IMG/VR virus record: IMGVR_UViG_3300032326_002475
Coordinates: 6,912 to 70,911 of that record
Strand: one strand, 5' to 3'
Source: a virus
Length of the DNA stretch: 64,000 bases
Position numbers and translations under genes: made by a program. The notes under the pieces are model-generated. The model searched no databases, was not told where the DNA came from, and was given only the letters and a program-made list of their open reading frames with translations. This document shows, piece after piece, positions 18,511 through 27,641 of this stretch. Every line of letters starts with the position of its first letter. The stretch's first letter is position 1.

Positions 18511-18999
18511 TCATTTAGCAACTTTGACAAATTTATTACTAGAAGCTTTTACGCTTCTGGCTTCATCTAAGTCAAATCTATCTTTTGTTCTGCCTTTTCT
18601 GAACTCATTGACAGTTTCTTGGCTTAAGTAATGATCTCTGAGGGCCAACTTAGCCTTTTCTGTTAATTCAACAGATCTGCCATAGCCCTTGATTAATCCT
18701 GCAGTCTTAAGTGCAAATAAATCATTGTCATTAATTCCGCCAGGAACATTACAATATTTAGTTTCAGAATTAACTGCCATTTGGCTTGCAGCTGTTACAA
18801 CTTCATCAGTATTTGAATCAATTTCTTTAAGCATATCAATGTACTTGTTGCTTAATTTCATTGCTTCTTTTTTTGGTTGTGAATTTACACCGAGTAATTG
18901 AATCTGAATATCAGATAATCCTAAACCTTCCATTGAAGGTCCATCAAATAATTCTGCGTGTAAATCTAAGGTATGTACAGGTTTGATTGGAAGTGGCAT
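18511..18999 (-). CDS. Hypothetical protein, possibly with a winged-helix-like segment
   Basis: 162-aa ORF; LKTAGLIKG..VELTEKAK. Confidence 0.55.
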   Translation of the reverse strand: MPLPIKPVHTLDLHAELFDGPSMEGLGLSDIQIQLLGVNSQPKKEAMKLSNKYIDMLKEIDSNTDEVVTAASQMAVNSETKYCNVPGGINDNDLFALKTAGLIKGYGRSVELTEKAKLALRDHYLSQETVNEFRKGRTKDRFDLDEARSVKASSNKFVKVAK

Positions 19000-19004
19000 A
19001 ATTT

Positions 19005-19463
19005 TTATCTCCTTGGTAATCTATTTAGATGGGCGTTTCCATCGTCAACATTTTGTTCGTTTGTTTCTTCGTATGTGTAATCATTTAGTGATGCATTTCC
19101 ATAAGCTAATCCTTGAGATGGACTACTAGAATTTGATGTTGGATCAACTGCTGCTGGACCTGGTGTGGCATCATCTACGTTATTGATTGAAAAAATACTT
19201 ACTTTCTTTTCTTCGTCAGTATTTCCTTGAAGTGCAAAATAATCTTTATTTAGTTTATTGGGCTTTTCAACTTGATTGAATTTGTCATCTCTTTTGATTT
19301 CTTCTTCAATTTCGTCAAAATCTACTTTTCTTTCTTCAGTGTAATCGCTTGTACTTGGATAATAGTAAGATAATTTGATAAATAAATTATCAGATTCTTT
19401 GTATTCTCCTAATTCATCAAGTTTTTTGCAAATTCTAATTAATGATTGAATATTTGTTTTCAT
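19005..19463 (-). CDS. Hypothetical protein with an N-terminal LDxxGxYxxxD tag
   Basis: N-terminus is similar to that of 28672..29274. Confidence 0.55.
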   Translation of the reverse strand: MKTNIQSLIRICKKLDELGEYKESDNLFIKLSYYYPSTSDYTEERKVDFDEIEEEIKRDDKFNQVEKPNKLNKDYFALQGNTDEEKKVSIFSINNVDDATPGPAAVDPTSNSSSPSQGLAYGNASLNDYTYEETNEQNVDDGNAHLNRLPRR

Positions 19464-20464
19464 TAGAAACTATTTCCATGAATTCCAATACCAAAAGTAT
19501 TGTATTCTTTTTCTAAATTAGATTTTTGCTCTTTAAATGATGCATTGTTATGATCTTGCAAAGTATAAGGAATCTGATTTCTATTTAAGTTTGCTTCTAG
19601 TGATATATTTTCATCAATCAATAATGGTGTTTTGGATATCTCAGAGCTTGGATACACATTTGCATTGGTATCAGGATTTATTCCATCGTTAATTGTAGGT
19701 TCATTGTAACCTGAAGAGCCTCTATGGTCCTGGTTAGCTTGATTTGCTGTATCTAGGTATTTATTTAATCCTGGAAATCCATCGTCACCTGATAGTAAAG
19801 GATAATTACCTTCTTGATATTGTTTAAATCTTTTATCATCTATTGGATTTCTATTTTCTAAATCTTCAGGATGCTCTTTTGTAATTTTTCCACGAGATCC
19901 TATTGTGTCAGAAATCCTTAAGTTATTTGTATTTGAATAATGAATTCTTTCAGGAGCTTTAGGTACGGGAAGTTCATTCTCAAAGTCAAATATTTGATTA
20001 GGTTTATATTTATGTTTTTTTGACGCTTCTAAACTTTGCTCAATAGTTCTATAATGCACAGGATTTTTTTTAGTATTCTTGTTTATGAAATCTACACTAT
20101 TTTCTTCAATACTTTTAGCTTCTTCTTGTAATGATAGTGTGTAATCGTGTAATTGTTTTCTGTGCTTTGCCTTGAGTCTAGCAATTGGATCGTCTAATAG
20201 ATAAGGTAAATTTTCTTGCTCAACATCATTCTTGTGAAATTTAAGTAAGTGAGCTTCAATAGATAATTCTGACTGATCCTCGTCTTGACGTACTTTCTCA
20301 AGAATTTTATTAAAAGGATCCTCATTCTCATAAATATTAACACCACTACCGCCTCTGCTTTTGCCACTTAAGCCAAAAGGAGCATTCCCAGGAGAAAAAG
20401 GTGACGGTTGATATCCTCCGCCTACTCCTCCAAATCCAGAAGCTGTTTTAATATTCTTAGACAT
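19463..20464 (-). CDS. Hypothetical head-module protein
   Basis: 333-aa ORF starting MSKNIKTAS, directly after a late-type promoter. Confidence 0.6.
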   Translation of the reverse strand: MSKNIKTASGFGGVGGGYQPSPFSPGNAPFGLSGKSRGGSGVNIYENEDPFNKILEKVRQDEDQSELSIEAHLLKFHKNDVEQENLPYLLDDPIARLKAKHRKQLHDYTLSLQEEAKSIEENSVDFINKNTKKNPVHYRTIEQSLEASKKHKYKPNQIFDFENELPVPKAPERIHYSNTNNLRISDTIGSRGKITKEHPEDLENRNPIDDKRFKQYQEGNYPLLSGDDGFPGLNKYLDTANQANQDHRGSSGYNEPTINDGINPDTNANVYPSSEISKTPLLIDENISLEANLNRNQIPYTLQDHNNASFKEQKSNLEKEYNTFGIGIHGNSF

Positions 20465-20473
20465 AGCTATTAT

Positions 20474-20501
20474 TTTCTTATATAAAATTATCTAAACCTT
20501 C
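20474..20501 (-). promoter_or_regulatory. Putative late promoter (SigH-like), overlapping the terminase stop
   Basis: Minus strand reads GAAGGTTTA-N12-TAAGAAA. Confidence 0.6.
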
Positions 20502-22611
20502 CACTGAGATTTACTAATTTTGAGCTTGGAAGTCTAGACATAATCTTTGATGTTGTGCACTCATATGAAACTGCTGCTACTGCATCACAAATGTCATCTT
20601 TATAACCTTTGAGCGCTTCAATATAGAATCTTTTGCCTTTCCATATTTTTTGAAGATATTGAAATTGAATTTTTGCTTCTTGAACTTCATTGAGATCTAT
20701 TTTTTTGCCTGACGCATCTTCGTTAAATCCAGAAGAAAGATCGTACACATCAATTCTGTCTTCTCTAATCAATTGTGAAAGTTCAGAATAAATCTTTTCT
20801 TTATATTCTTTATTAAATTGTCTCTCTACAATAGGTACCCCACGAGCTTGCAGTTTGATAACAGATGTTTGTGAATTCCACTGGTCAATACTAACTTGCT
20901 TAAATCTAAATTTAGCATGTAAACTAATGACATACTCTTCAACTTCTCTTTCAGATACGGGTTGATTTTTAGACATAGGATTCCAGAAATGGATATGGTC
21001 AATAACAACCCTTTTTAATGGTTTAAAGTCTGGGCCAATGCTGTTATATATACTTTCTGCATGAGCTACTACTAAAGCATAATAATCAGATGTTCTTGCT
21101 GGATCTAAGTGACAATAATATTCATAAAGGCCATCAGACTTTTCTTTTCTAGGAACCATTGACATAGAACTGAACATTCTTTGAATATCATCTGGAGAAA
21201 ACATTGGATCTGAAGAAGCAGCTCCAAATTCAGCTCCATATTGCATTTGAAATTCAACTGGGTTCTTCTTTTTCTCGCCTTCAAGATATTCTTTATCAAT
21301 GTTAGGATTTGATAGCCAAGTAGGCATTCTCATGATTAATGTTGATGGATCATCTAATCTATTTTCATGCAAATCATAAAGTAATCCAAGTGGGCCTTTT
21401 GGGTTTGAAAGCATCATAATTTTGCCGTCTCTACCAAATGTAGCTAACGATGGCTTCAAATCATTATAAAGGGCATAATCAACGCCAGAATCAGGGCTAT
21501 CGCCAGCCATAGCAGCAATCTCGTCCATAATGATGCACCAACAAGTAAGACCAACAAGGCCTGATGCACTACTAGAACCACATTTAAGAACAAGAGAGCC
21601 TGAAAATGGATTCATACCTTGATTTATTCTGCGATCATTTTCTCTTCTATCATTTTCAGTATAGAATCTCATTTCAAGCTCATTATCTTTACCGATATAT
21701 GGCTGAAAGAATGGAGAAGACAAAACAGTATTCTTTATTTTTGCAAAGATAGCATTTTTAGCCTGTTCTTCATTTTTAGCTACATTGAGAAGTGTGATCT
21801 GATCAAATTCCATCAAACCATATCTTGCTTGAGGATGACCCATTGCAATTAGTCTATATAGCTCATACAGGGCAATAGCTGAAACAAGGAACGATTTTCC
21901 TGAACGTCTTCCAAGAACTAGAACAAGCTCTTGAAATTTAAATCTTTTTTCACATTTATCAAGAATTTGCTTTCTTACTTTTTGATCTAACTCTTCTGCA
22001 AAAAATAAGTCTCTCTCACATTGATAATTTTCAATAATTGGTCTTTGGGAGAGTTCGTTGATTATTCTCTCTGCATCAGGGTTAGTTGCTTCTTCTTTAG
22101 CAACTCTGTATCTTTCTTGTTTAACATCATCTGGTAATTTATTACATATAAGACATGGAGAATTTTCAACTGTAAAAAGAGGCTTTATAAATTTGCCTTC
22201 TTTTCTTTTCTTCATCACATCTATTTCATTTTTGCTTATATGTTCCCAAACACAACCTTTACAAGAAGTTCTTTCTTCTTGCGGTACATCATTAAAAAAT
22301 ATATTTGTATTGCCTTCTTGCCCCATATAGAAACATTTTAATATAAGTCTCTGCCAGGGGTGGGGTTTAAGATTACAAAAGAATGGATGCTCAATAAAAG
22401 TTACAATGTCTACAATTTGATCTGGATTAAATCTAGTTTTTTCAGGAGTAACTGGAGGAGATACTTCTGTTCTTGTTTGAGGAATGATTTCATCTTCAAA
22501 ATCAGCAGCATATTCTGAATCTTTAAAAAGCTCAGTAACATTATTAGCTTGCTGCAAAAGTTGTGTCTTATAGTCTATATGATTTTGTTTTGCAGTATTT
22601 ATTTTTCTCAT
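20488..22611 (-). CDS. terL: Terminase large subunit
   Basis: LKPHPWQ adenine-binding motif, Walker A LGRRSGKS, Walker B IIMDE, coupling motif LSNP, nuclease motifs HLDPA..D and DDICDA. Confidence 0.92.
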   Translation of the reverse strand: MRKINTAKQNHIDYKTQLLQQANNVTELFKDSEYAADFEDEIIPQTRTEVSPPVTPEKTRFNPDQIVDIVTFIEHPFFCNLKPHPWQRLILKCFYMGQEGNTNIFFNDVPQEERTSCKGCVWEHISKNEIDVMKKRKEGKFIKPLFTVENSPCLICNKLPDDVKQERYRVAKEEATNPDAERIINELSQRPIIENYQCERDLFFAEELDQKVRKQILDKCEKRFKFQELVLVLGRRSGKSFLVSAIALYELYRLIAMGHPQARYGLMEFDQITLLNVAKNEEQAKNAIFAKIKNTVLSSPFFQPYIGKDNELEMRFYTENDRRENDRRINQGMNPFSGSLVLKCGSSSASGLVGLTCWCIIMDEIAAMAGDSPDSGVDYALYNDLKPSLATFGRDGKIMMLSNPKGPLGLLYDLHENRLDDPSTLIMRMPTWLSNPNIDKEYLEGEKKKNPVEFQMQYGAEFGAASSDPMFSPDDIQRMFSSMSMVPRKEKSDGLYEYYCHLDPARTSDYYALVVAHAESIYNSIGPDFKPLKRVVIDHIHFWNPMSKNQPVSEREVEEYVISLHAKFRFKQVSIDQWNSQTSVIKLQARGVPIVERQFNKEYKEKIYSELSQLIREDRIDVYDLSSGFNEDASGKKIDLNEVQEAKIQFQYLQKIWKGKRFYIEALKGYKDDICDAVAAVSYECTTSKIMSRLPSSKLVNLSGRFR

Positions 22612-23372
22612 TATTTATAACAAGTCAAGTAGATCCAATATTTATGAATATACTCTTCATAAGAATTTTGTATTGAATAATCTACTTTCTTAAATCCTAT
22701 CTTAAAAAGATCATCAAATAGGTTATTAGGATCTGTCACCCTAACATCATATTCCCCATGAGAGCCAGAAGCATTGTAAACATTGTCATAATAACCTGCT
22801 ACAGGAAGCTGACTAGGAAATATTCCAACTTGGCTCTTCATTCTTACAAACCAGTGATTTGGAAATGCTCTTTCTTTCAAGTTCTCTCCAAAGCCCATTT
22901 GAAAAGTGAAAACACCATCTGTTTTCATTACTCTATAAATTTCTTTAAGTAACTCTAACCTAAATTTATGAATTGGAATGTGTTGAAATACTAGAGTAGA
23001 TATTACAAAGTCAAAAGATTCATCATTAAACTTTTTAAGATTTCTGCCTGAGGTTTTATGAAAGTGATATTTAGAGTCTTGAAAATTTTTGATATTTTCA
23101 TCAATATTTTTTTTACTTAAATCAACACCATGTAGTTCTTTCCAGTTTGCTAGACCATCAAGATTCTTTAGATTTCTTCCTCTAGATGTGCCAAAATCAA
23201 GGGCAGATTTATCTTCCCATTTTTCAGGTTCAGAAGAAATAGGCTTTAATAAAATATCCCAATACAAGGGATTTAAGTCGTGTCTGTCATAATCTGAAGT
23301 GCCAAATGATGTTTCTTCATATAACATTTCTAAATATTGACTCAATTCATCGTTATCAAGGCTAAAAAACAT
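22611..23372 (-). CDS. Class I SAM-dependent methyltransferase
   Basis: ALDFGTSRGR, GVDLS, FDFVISTLVFQHI, EIYRVMKTDG. Confidence 0.85.
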   Translation of the reverse strand: MFFSLDNDELSQYLEMLYEETSFGTSDYDRHDLNPLYWDILLKPISSEPEKWEDKSALDFGTSRGRNLKNLDGLANWKELHGVDLSKKNIDENIKNFQDSKYHFHKTSGRNLKKFNDESFDFVISTLVFQHIPIHKFRLELLKEIYRVMKTDGVFTFQMGFGENLKERAFPNHWFVRMKSQVGIFPSQLPVAGYYDNVYNASGSHGEYDVRVTDPNNLFDDLFKIGFKKVDYSIQNSYEEYIHKYWIYLTCYK

Positions 23373-24046
23373 TAGTTATCCTGTTGAATTTTTTGGCGTA
23401 AGAATTGGATTTCATCTCTAATTCTTTTTTTATCAGCTTCTGTTTCCATATCATTATGAAGTTTAGAAAGAATTTCAAAAATGTTGATAGCATAAATTCC
23501 AGCATTATCTCTAGTTTCCTTAAGATAAAGAATCTTTGAAATTAATTTTTCAACCATAGCAGCACGTCTTAATTTAAGATCATTGTTTTTACTACAGTCC
23601 ATTCCTCTAACATCATCTAATTCTACAAGTAAAGCAGTTAGTGCAAGTTGTTGCTCTCTGAAAATCCAAGGTGTAATTAATTCTTCTCTTTGCTCATAGT
23701 TTTTAAGACCAGACGTTGAAATTTTCTTGAAATCACAATGCTGCTCCATATGAGTGTTAACTTGCATCCAGTTCAGTTTAGCATCAAAATGTTTAGCAAA
23801 AAAAGTAATTACTGATTGAACTTTTCTGCCATTGTCTAAAAAAACATGCTCAGCTAAATCTCTAAATGGGGATGTGCAAATGGTACATCTAGGTTCAAGA
23901 AATTGAGGATATGAAATATCACTCATATTATCTTGTGGCAAAGGAATTAGGGGAAGCTCTCCTTCTTTTAAGTGAGCAAACATCCGAGAAGGCTTCTTTG
24001 GATCGTTTACTATGAGAGAATCAACTTTACTTTTGTTATCTTCCAT
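23372..24046 (-). CDS. Zn-finger/HTH protein, candidate terminase small subunit
   Basis: PRCTICTSPFR...HMEQH followed by helical segments; upstream of terL. Confidence 0.4.
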   Translation of the reverse strand: MEDNKSKVDSLIVNDPKKPSRMFAHLKEGELPLIPLPQDNMSDISYPQFLEPRCTICTSPFRDLAEHVFLDNGRKVQSVITFFAKHFDAKLNWMQVNTHMEQHCDFKKISTSGLKNYEQREELITPWIFREQQLALTALLVELDDVRGMDCSKNNDLKLRRAAMVEKLISKILYLKETRDNAGIYAINIFEILSKLHNDMETEADKKRIRDEIQFLRQKIQQDN

Positions 24047-24065
24047 TTAATGTGTTATACAAGCA

Positions 24066-24091
24066 AAACAAGCCGCAAAATGCGGCTTGTT
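24066..24091. terminator. Intrinsic terminator
   Basis: aacaagccgca aaa tgcggcttgtt. Confidence 0.75.
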
Positions 24092-24111
24092 CAATTGTCC
24101 AGTTTTATAGA

Positions 24112-24828
24112 TTAGTCTCTTAAGGCTCTCTTAAGTCTAGCATAGGGGGAGATGCTATCAGCTGCAGAAACCATGTATTCATCTGCCAAGCCAAAATAAG
24201 CATAGTTGCCTTCAATAAACTTTTGGCTTGATGAAGTTGCATTATTAAGATCAACTTCTGCAGTTCCTTTTCTCATAGAAACTACTACTTTTGAATTACT
24301 CTTAGCTTCTACTACAGCATTTTCTGTTTGGGATTTAAGTACAGAATTTAATAAAGCCTCTTCTACCCATGGCTTCAATTCTTTGTGTAAAGCAGTTCTC
24401 ATGGATTCATTATCTTTAGCCATTTGAACAAGCTTAAGCCAGCTTTCAACACCCTTGCTGTCAGTTTTTACAATTGAGTGCTCACCAAGTGTAAGCTTCT
24501 TGACAAATTCCTTTGCAGAAAATTTTTCGAGTGTCTTCTCAATGATTGGAGAACAATCTGAATATTTAGTTGGGACAACTGCAACTTCAATTGCTTGTTT
24601 TGCAATTGTGCCTTCATTGTTATCAAAAAGCTTAGATGCAACTCTATTAGCAACTTCTAAATCATAGTTATCTGCTGCTAAAAGTTCAACTACTTCTGAT
24701 TTATCAAAACCTTGATTTTTATATTTTTGAGCTTGTGAACTGGCTACTACAAAAACGCCATCACTATGTGAGCGTAATTCATTTCTCCAGTTATAAATCA
24801 TGTCATCGGATAAGTTATTTTCAGCCAC
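24112..24828 (-). CDS. Hypothetical protein
   Basis: ORF; the start is probably the GTG at 24828, after the SD-like AAGGGG. Confidence 0.55.
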   Translation of the reverse strand: MAENNLSDDMIYNWRNELRSHSDGVFVVASSQAQKYKNQGFDKSEVVELLAADNYDLEVANRVASKLFDNNEGTIAKQAIEVAVVPTKYSDCSPIIEKTLEKFSAKEFVKKLTLGEHSIVKTDSKGVESWLKLVQMAKDNESMRTALHKELKPWVEEALLNSVLKSQTENAVVEAKSNSKVVVSMRKGTAEVDLNNATSSSQKFIEGNYAYFGLADEYMVSAADSISPYARLKRALRD

Positions 24829-24951
24829 TGTGACAATCCCCTTTAAAGAAATAAAACCCCTAGACATAGTTTTAGCGTCTTAGAGGTTTTTGTGGAACAT
24901 AATAACATAATACAAAAATTTTAAAAATATATTCCAACAACTTTGATATTA

Positions 24952-25515
24952 CTAATCAAATAAGAAGTCTTCACCTAAAATTGATTTTAATTGCTCAAGT
25001 GCCTTTGACAATCTTTTAGAAAAAGCTCCTTGAGTAATTCCAAGTATTTCAGCTGCTTCTGTTTGACTATACTGTTCAAAAAAGTAAAGCTGAATTATGT
25101 CTGATTCATTCTCGTTAAGTAGTTTCATAGCGTTCTGCAATGAAATGATTGTGTCTATTTTATTGAAAGGGTCATAGGAAACTTCTTCTGAAAAGTGATT
25201 CTGTATCCTATCTTCTTCTTTTATGTATTTTTCAGTAACATGTCTAAATAAGTTTATATCAATTCTAGTAGATATAAAATAGGAAAAATATGTGAGTTCT
25301 GGATCATATTGTTTGACAATTTTTTGAAGAACAAATAGTGATTCTTCAAACATATCTTCTCTGTGAACGGATAATCTTGGCTCTTTGATGATACATCTCT
25401 TGATAGATGCGTAAAGCAAAGGTTTATAAAATCCAAAAAGTTCAAAGAGTGCATCTGTATCACCTGACTTAGTCTTTATAACTAAGTCATTTATTTGTCC
25501 ATATTTATCATCCAT
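24952..25515 (-). CDS. Sigma-70 family (ECF-size) RNA polymerase sigma factor
   Basis: KSGDTDALFEL, region 2 EDMFEES...YDPE..FSYFI, region 4 YSQTEAAEILGITQGAFSKRLSKAL. Confidence 0.85.
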   Translation of the reverse strand: MDDKYGQINDLVIKTKSGDTDALFELFGFYKPLLYASIKRCIIKEPRLSVHREDMFEESLFVLQKIVKQYDPELTYFSYFISTRIDINLFRHVTEKYIKEEDRIQNHFSEEVSYDPFNKIDTIISLQNAMKLLNENESDIIQLYFFEQYSQTEAAEILGITQGAFSKRLSKALEQLKSILGEDFLFD

Positions 25516-25522
25516 AACTTAT

Positions 25523-26518
25523 TTATACATTTGCCAATTTATTAATTGCAATCATATTAGCTACATCTGACTCGCCATATAGTCTTGCCTCTCCTATATG
25601 ATCTGTAACTAAAGATATCATTTCACTTAGTTGTTTAGTTGATAAATTGTTTTCATTTAGAGCAATCTTTATTCTTATGGGATTGTGATTTTTAGGTTGA
25701 AAATTAGTTACTTCATAATTTTCTGACAGATATTTACCACCTAAATCTCTAAGCTCTAATATTTCTTGAACTTTGTCAGGGGAATATATCCTATTTTTTT
25801 GACACTCTGAAATGACAAGTAAAAAATAAAGCTGTTGAAGTAATATCAGAAAAAATCCTTGAGTTGTAAATTCTTCAAGCACCTTTTGTAAATTAGAATT
25901 GATATATGAAACATCACGATTAAATAACTTTTTGAAATATTCAAAAATATCATGCTCAACGTTAAACTTTGAATTACTAAAATGTTCAACAGTAATATTT
26001 GAGCTTATAATGCTGACTTTGTCTATTTCCTTAAAAAGTAAATCAATATCATAATACAAAACTTCTTTCTTAGATGTTTTGTTTTTGACTTTTATAATCG
26101 GACAATTAAGTAGCACCCAATCAATGCATTTACTATCAAAATTTACTTTGAACTTTTCAGCATACTTATAAAGAAGGTTTCTAAGTACATTAAAATCTCC
26201 AAACACAGGATATAGAGCAGAATATATGTTATTGCTCTTCTTTATCTTTTGTATTAATGAAGATCTGCCATCATATCCATCATCATCAAAAAGCAATATG
26301 TGCTTATCGATTTTCTTGTCTATAAAATAAGAAATCTTCTTGATAGTTTCTGTATTTGGGTTGTCGTAAAGATATATATTATTAAGATCAAAAAATGGAG
26401 AGTAGCTTGCTAATTGTTTGTCTATATTATCTACAAAGATAAAATTAGCATCTGGAAATGACTCTTTAATTTGAGACATGTAAAGATATCTTGATCCATA
26501 ATAAATTCTAGGTAACAT
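25523..26518 (-). CDS. DNA polymerase III delta (HolA)-like clamp loader subunit
   Basis: Size, LFKEIDK and DIFEYF segments, and adjacency to the beta clamp. Confidence 0.55.
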   Translation of the reverse strand: MLPRIYYGSRYLYMSQIKESFPDANFIFVDNIDKQLASYSPFFDLNNIYLYDNPNTETIKKISYFIDKKIDKHILLFDDDGYDGRSSLIQKIKKSNNIYSALYPVFGDFNVLRNLLYKYAEKFKVNFDSKCIDWVLLNCPIIKVKNKTSKKEVLYYDIDLLFKEIDKVSIISSNITVEHFSNSKFNVEHDIFEYFKKLFNRDVSYINSNLQKVLEEFTTQGFFLILLQQLYFLLVISECQKNRIYSPDKVQEILELRDLGGKYLSENYEVTNFQPKNHNPIRIKIALNENNLSTKQLSEMISLVTDHIGEARLYGESDVANMIAINKLANV

Positions 26519-26519
26519 A

Positions 26520-27641
26520 TTACTCCATAGGAAACATAATATGATTGAAATTCATATCATGTAATACACAAATAGTGTATCCATTGTAGTCATTGAAGGC
26601 AAGAGTAATTTGCTCAAGATTTACTATTTCAAGAGCCTTGATAAAGTGATTTATTAGATATGAAACATCAATAGAATCAACAGCTTCATCTAACAAGATC
26701 TTGTCAGCAACAGCACCCTTATCGTCTCTTGAACTTGAGATTATTAATTCATTCCCATTTGTTCTTAAGTTAAACGTATGTGAGCTTGTAATGTTTGATA
26801 TAAATCTCAAGGACTTTATGACTTGATTTTTATCAATCGTAAAAGAAGTGACATGCTTAGACTCATCAAAAAACTTATTAAATGAATTGTATACGCTTTG
26901 ATAAGAATTGTTTTCTAAGCTAGTGACAAAGATATTATTTTGCCACTTAATTATCAATTTATTCTTGAAAATGCAATAAGTATAAGCTTCATCTTTATTT
27001 AAGAAGTTAAGCAGTAATTCAGCTTGGTTTTTAGCAATCAAATATGACTGTTCATTAGAGAATCTAGAGCCAAATATTGAAATCCTATGTTTGTCTGATG
27101 ATTGAGAATTAAACTCTCCGTCTTTAAGAAAAAACATAATAGATGAATAAGGATGTTCATCAAAATCTGGCGCACATGAAAAGGCAGAAAATTTAATCAG
27201 ATTAATTAAGTTTTCAACGTCTAGTTTCTTAAACTTTATATCTTCACTTAAGAAAAATATGCTATTGAGTATTTCATCAAAATTATTAGCTTGCAAAGTA
27301 CTAAGGGCAACTCTAGTCTTCTTATTTCCAAATACGAGTTGATTTTCTTCATTTGCAAAAACAAATTGAATTTCATCAGCTGGGAAATTAGAAAAAGCGT
27401 TATTAAATAAATTTGATTCAACTCCAAAATTATAGAATTCATCTTGAAAGTCACACAAATATAGCATTGATGAACTTATGGAATTTGAAGAATATACATA
27501 AATTTTATTTTGAAGGCAATAAAATACTAATGAATCACTTGCAATAGCTTTGTTTTCATTGAGAGTAATTTTATTCTTAGATATCTTGTTAAGTAATTGT
27601 ACTTTTGAAAGATGCTCAGTTTTGTTCAGCTTAAATTTCAA
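26520..27641 (-). CDS. dnaN: DNA polymerase III beta sliding clamp
   Basis: 373 aa with a three-domain size; SSDKHRIS (cf. ATDGHRL) and C-terminal IMFPM. Confidence 0.75.
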   Translation of the reverse strand: MKFKLNKTEHLSKVQLLNKISKNKITLNENKAIASDSLVFYCLQNKIYVYSSNSISSSMLYLCDFQDEFYNFGVESNLFNNAFSNFPADEIQFVFANEENQLVFGNKKTRVALSTLQANNFDEILNSIFFLSEDIKFKKLDVENLINLIKFSAFSCAPDFDEHPYSSIMFFLKDGEFNSQSSDKHRISIFGSRFSNEQSYLIAKNQAELLLNFLNKDEAYTYCIFKNKLIIKWQNNIFVTSLENNSYQSVYNSFNKFFDESKHVTSFTIDKNQVIKSLRFISNITSSHTFNLRTNGNELIISSSRDDKGAVADKILLDEAVDSIDVSYLINHFIKALEIVNLEQITLAFNDYNGYTICVLHDMNFNHIMFPME

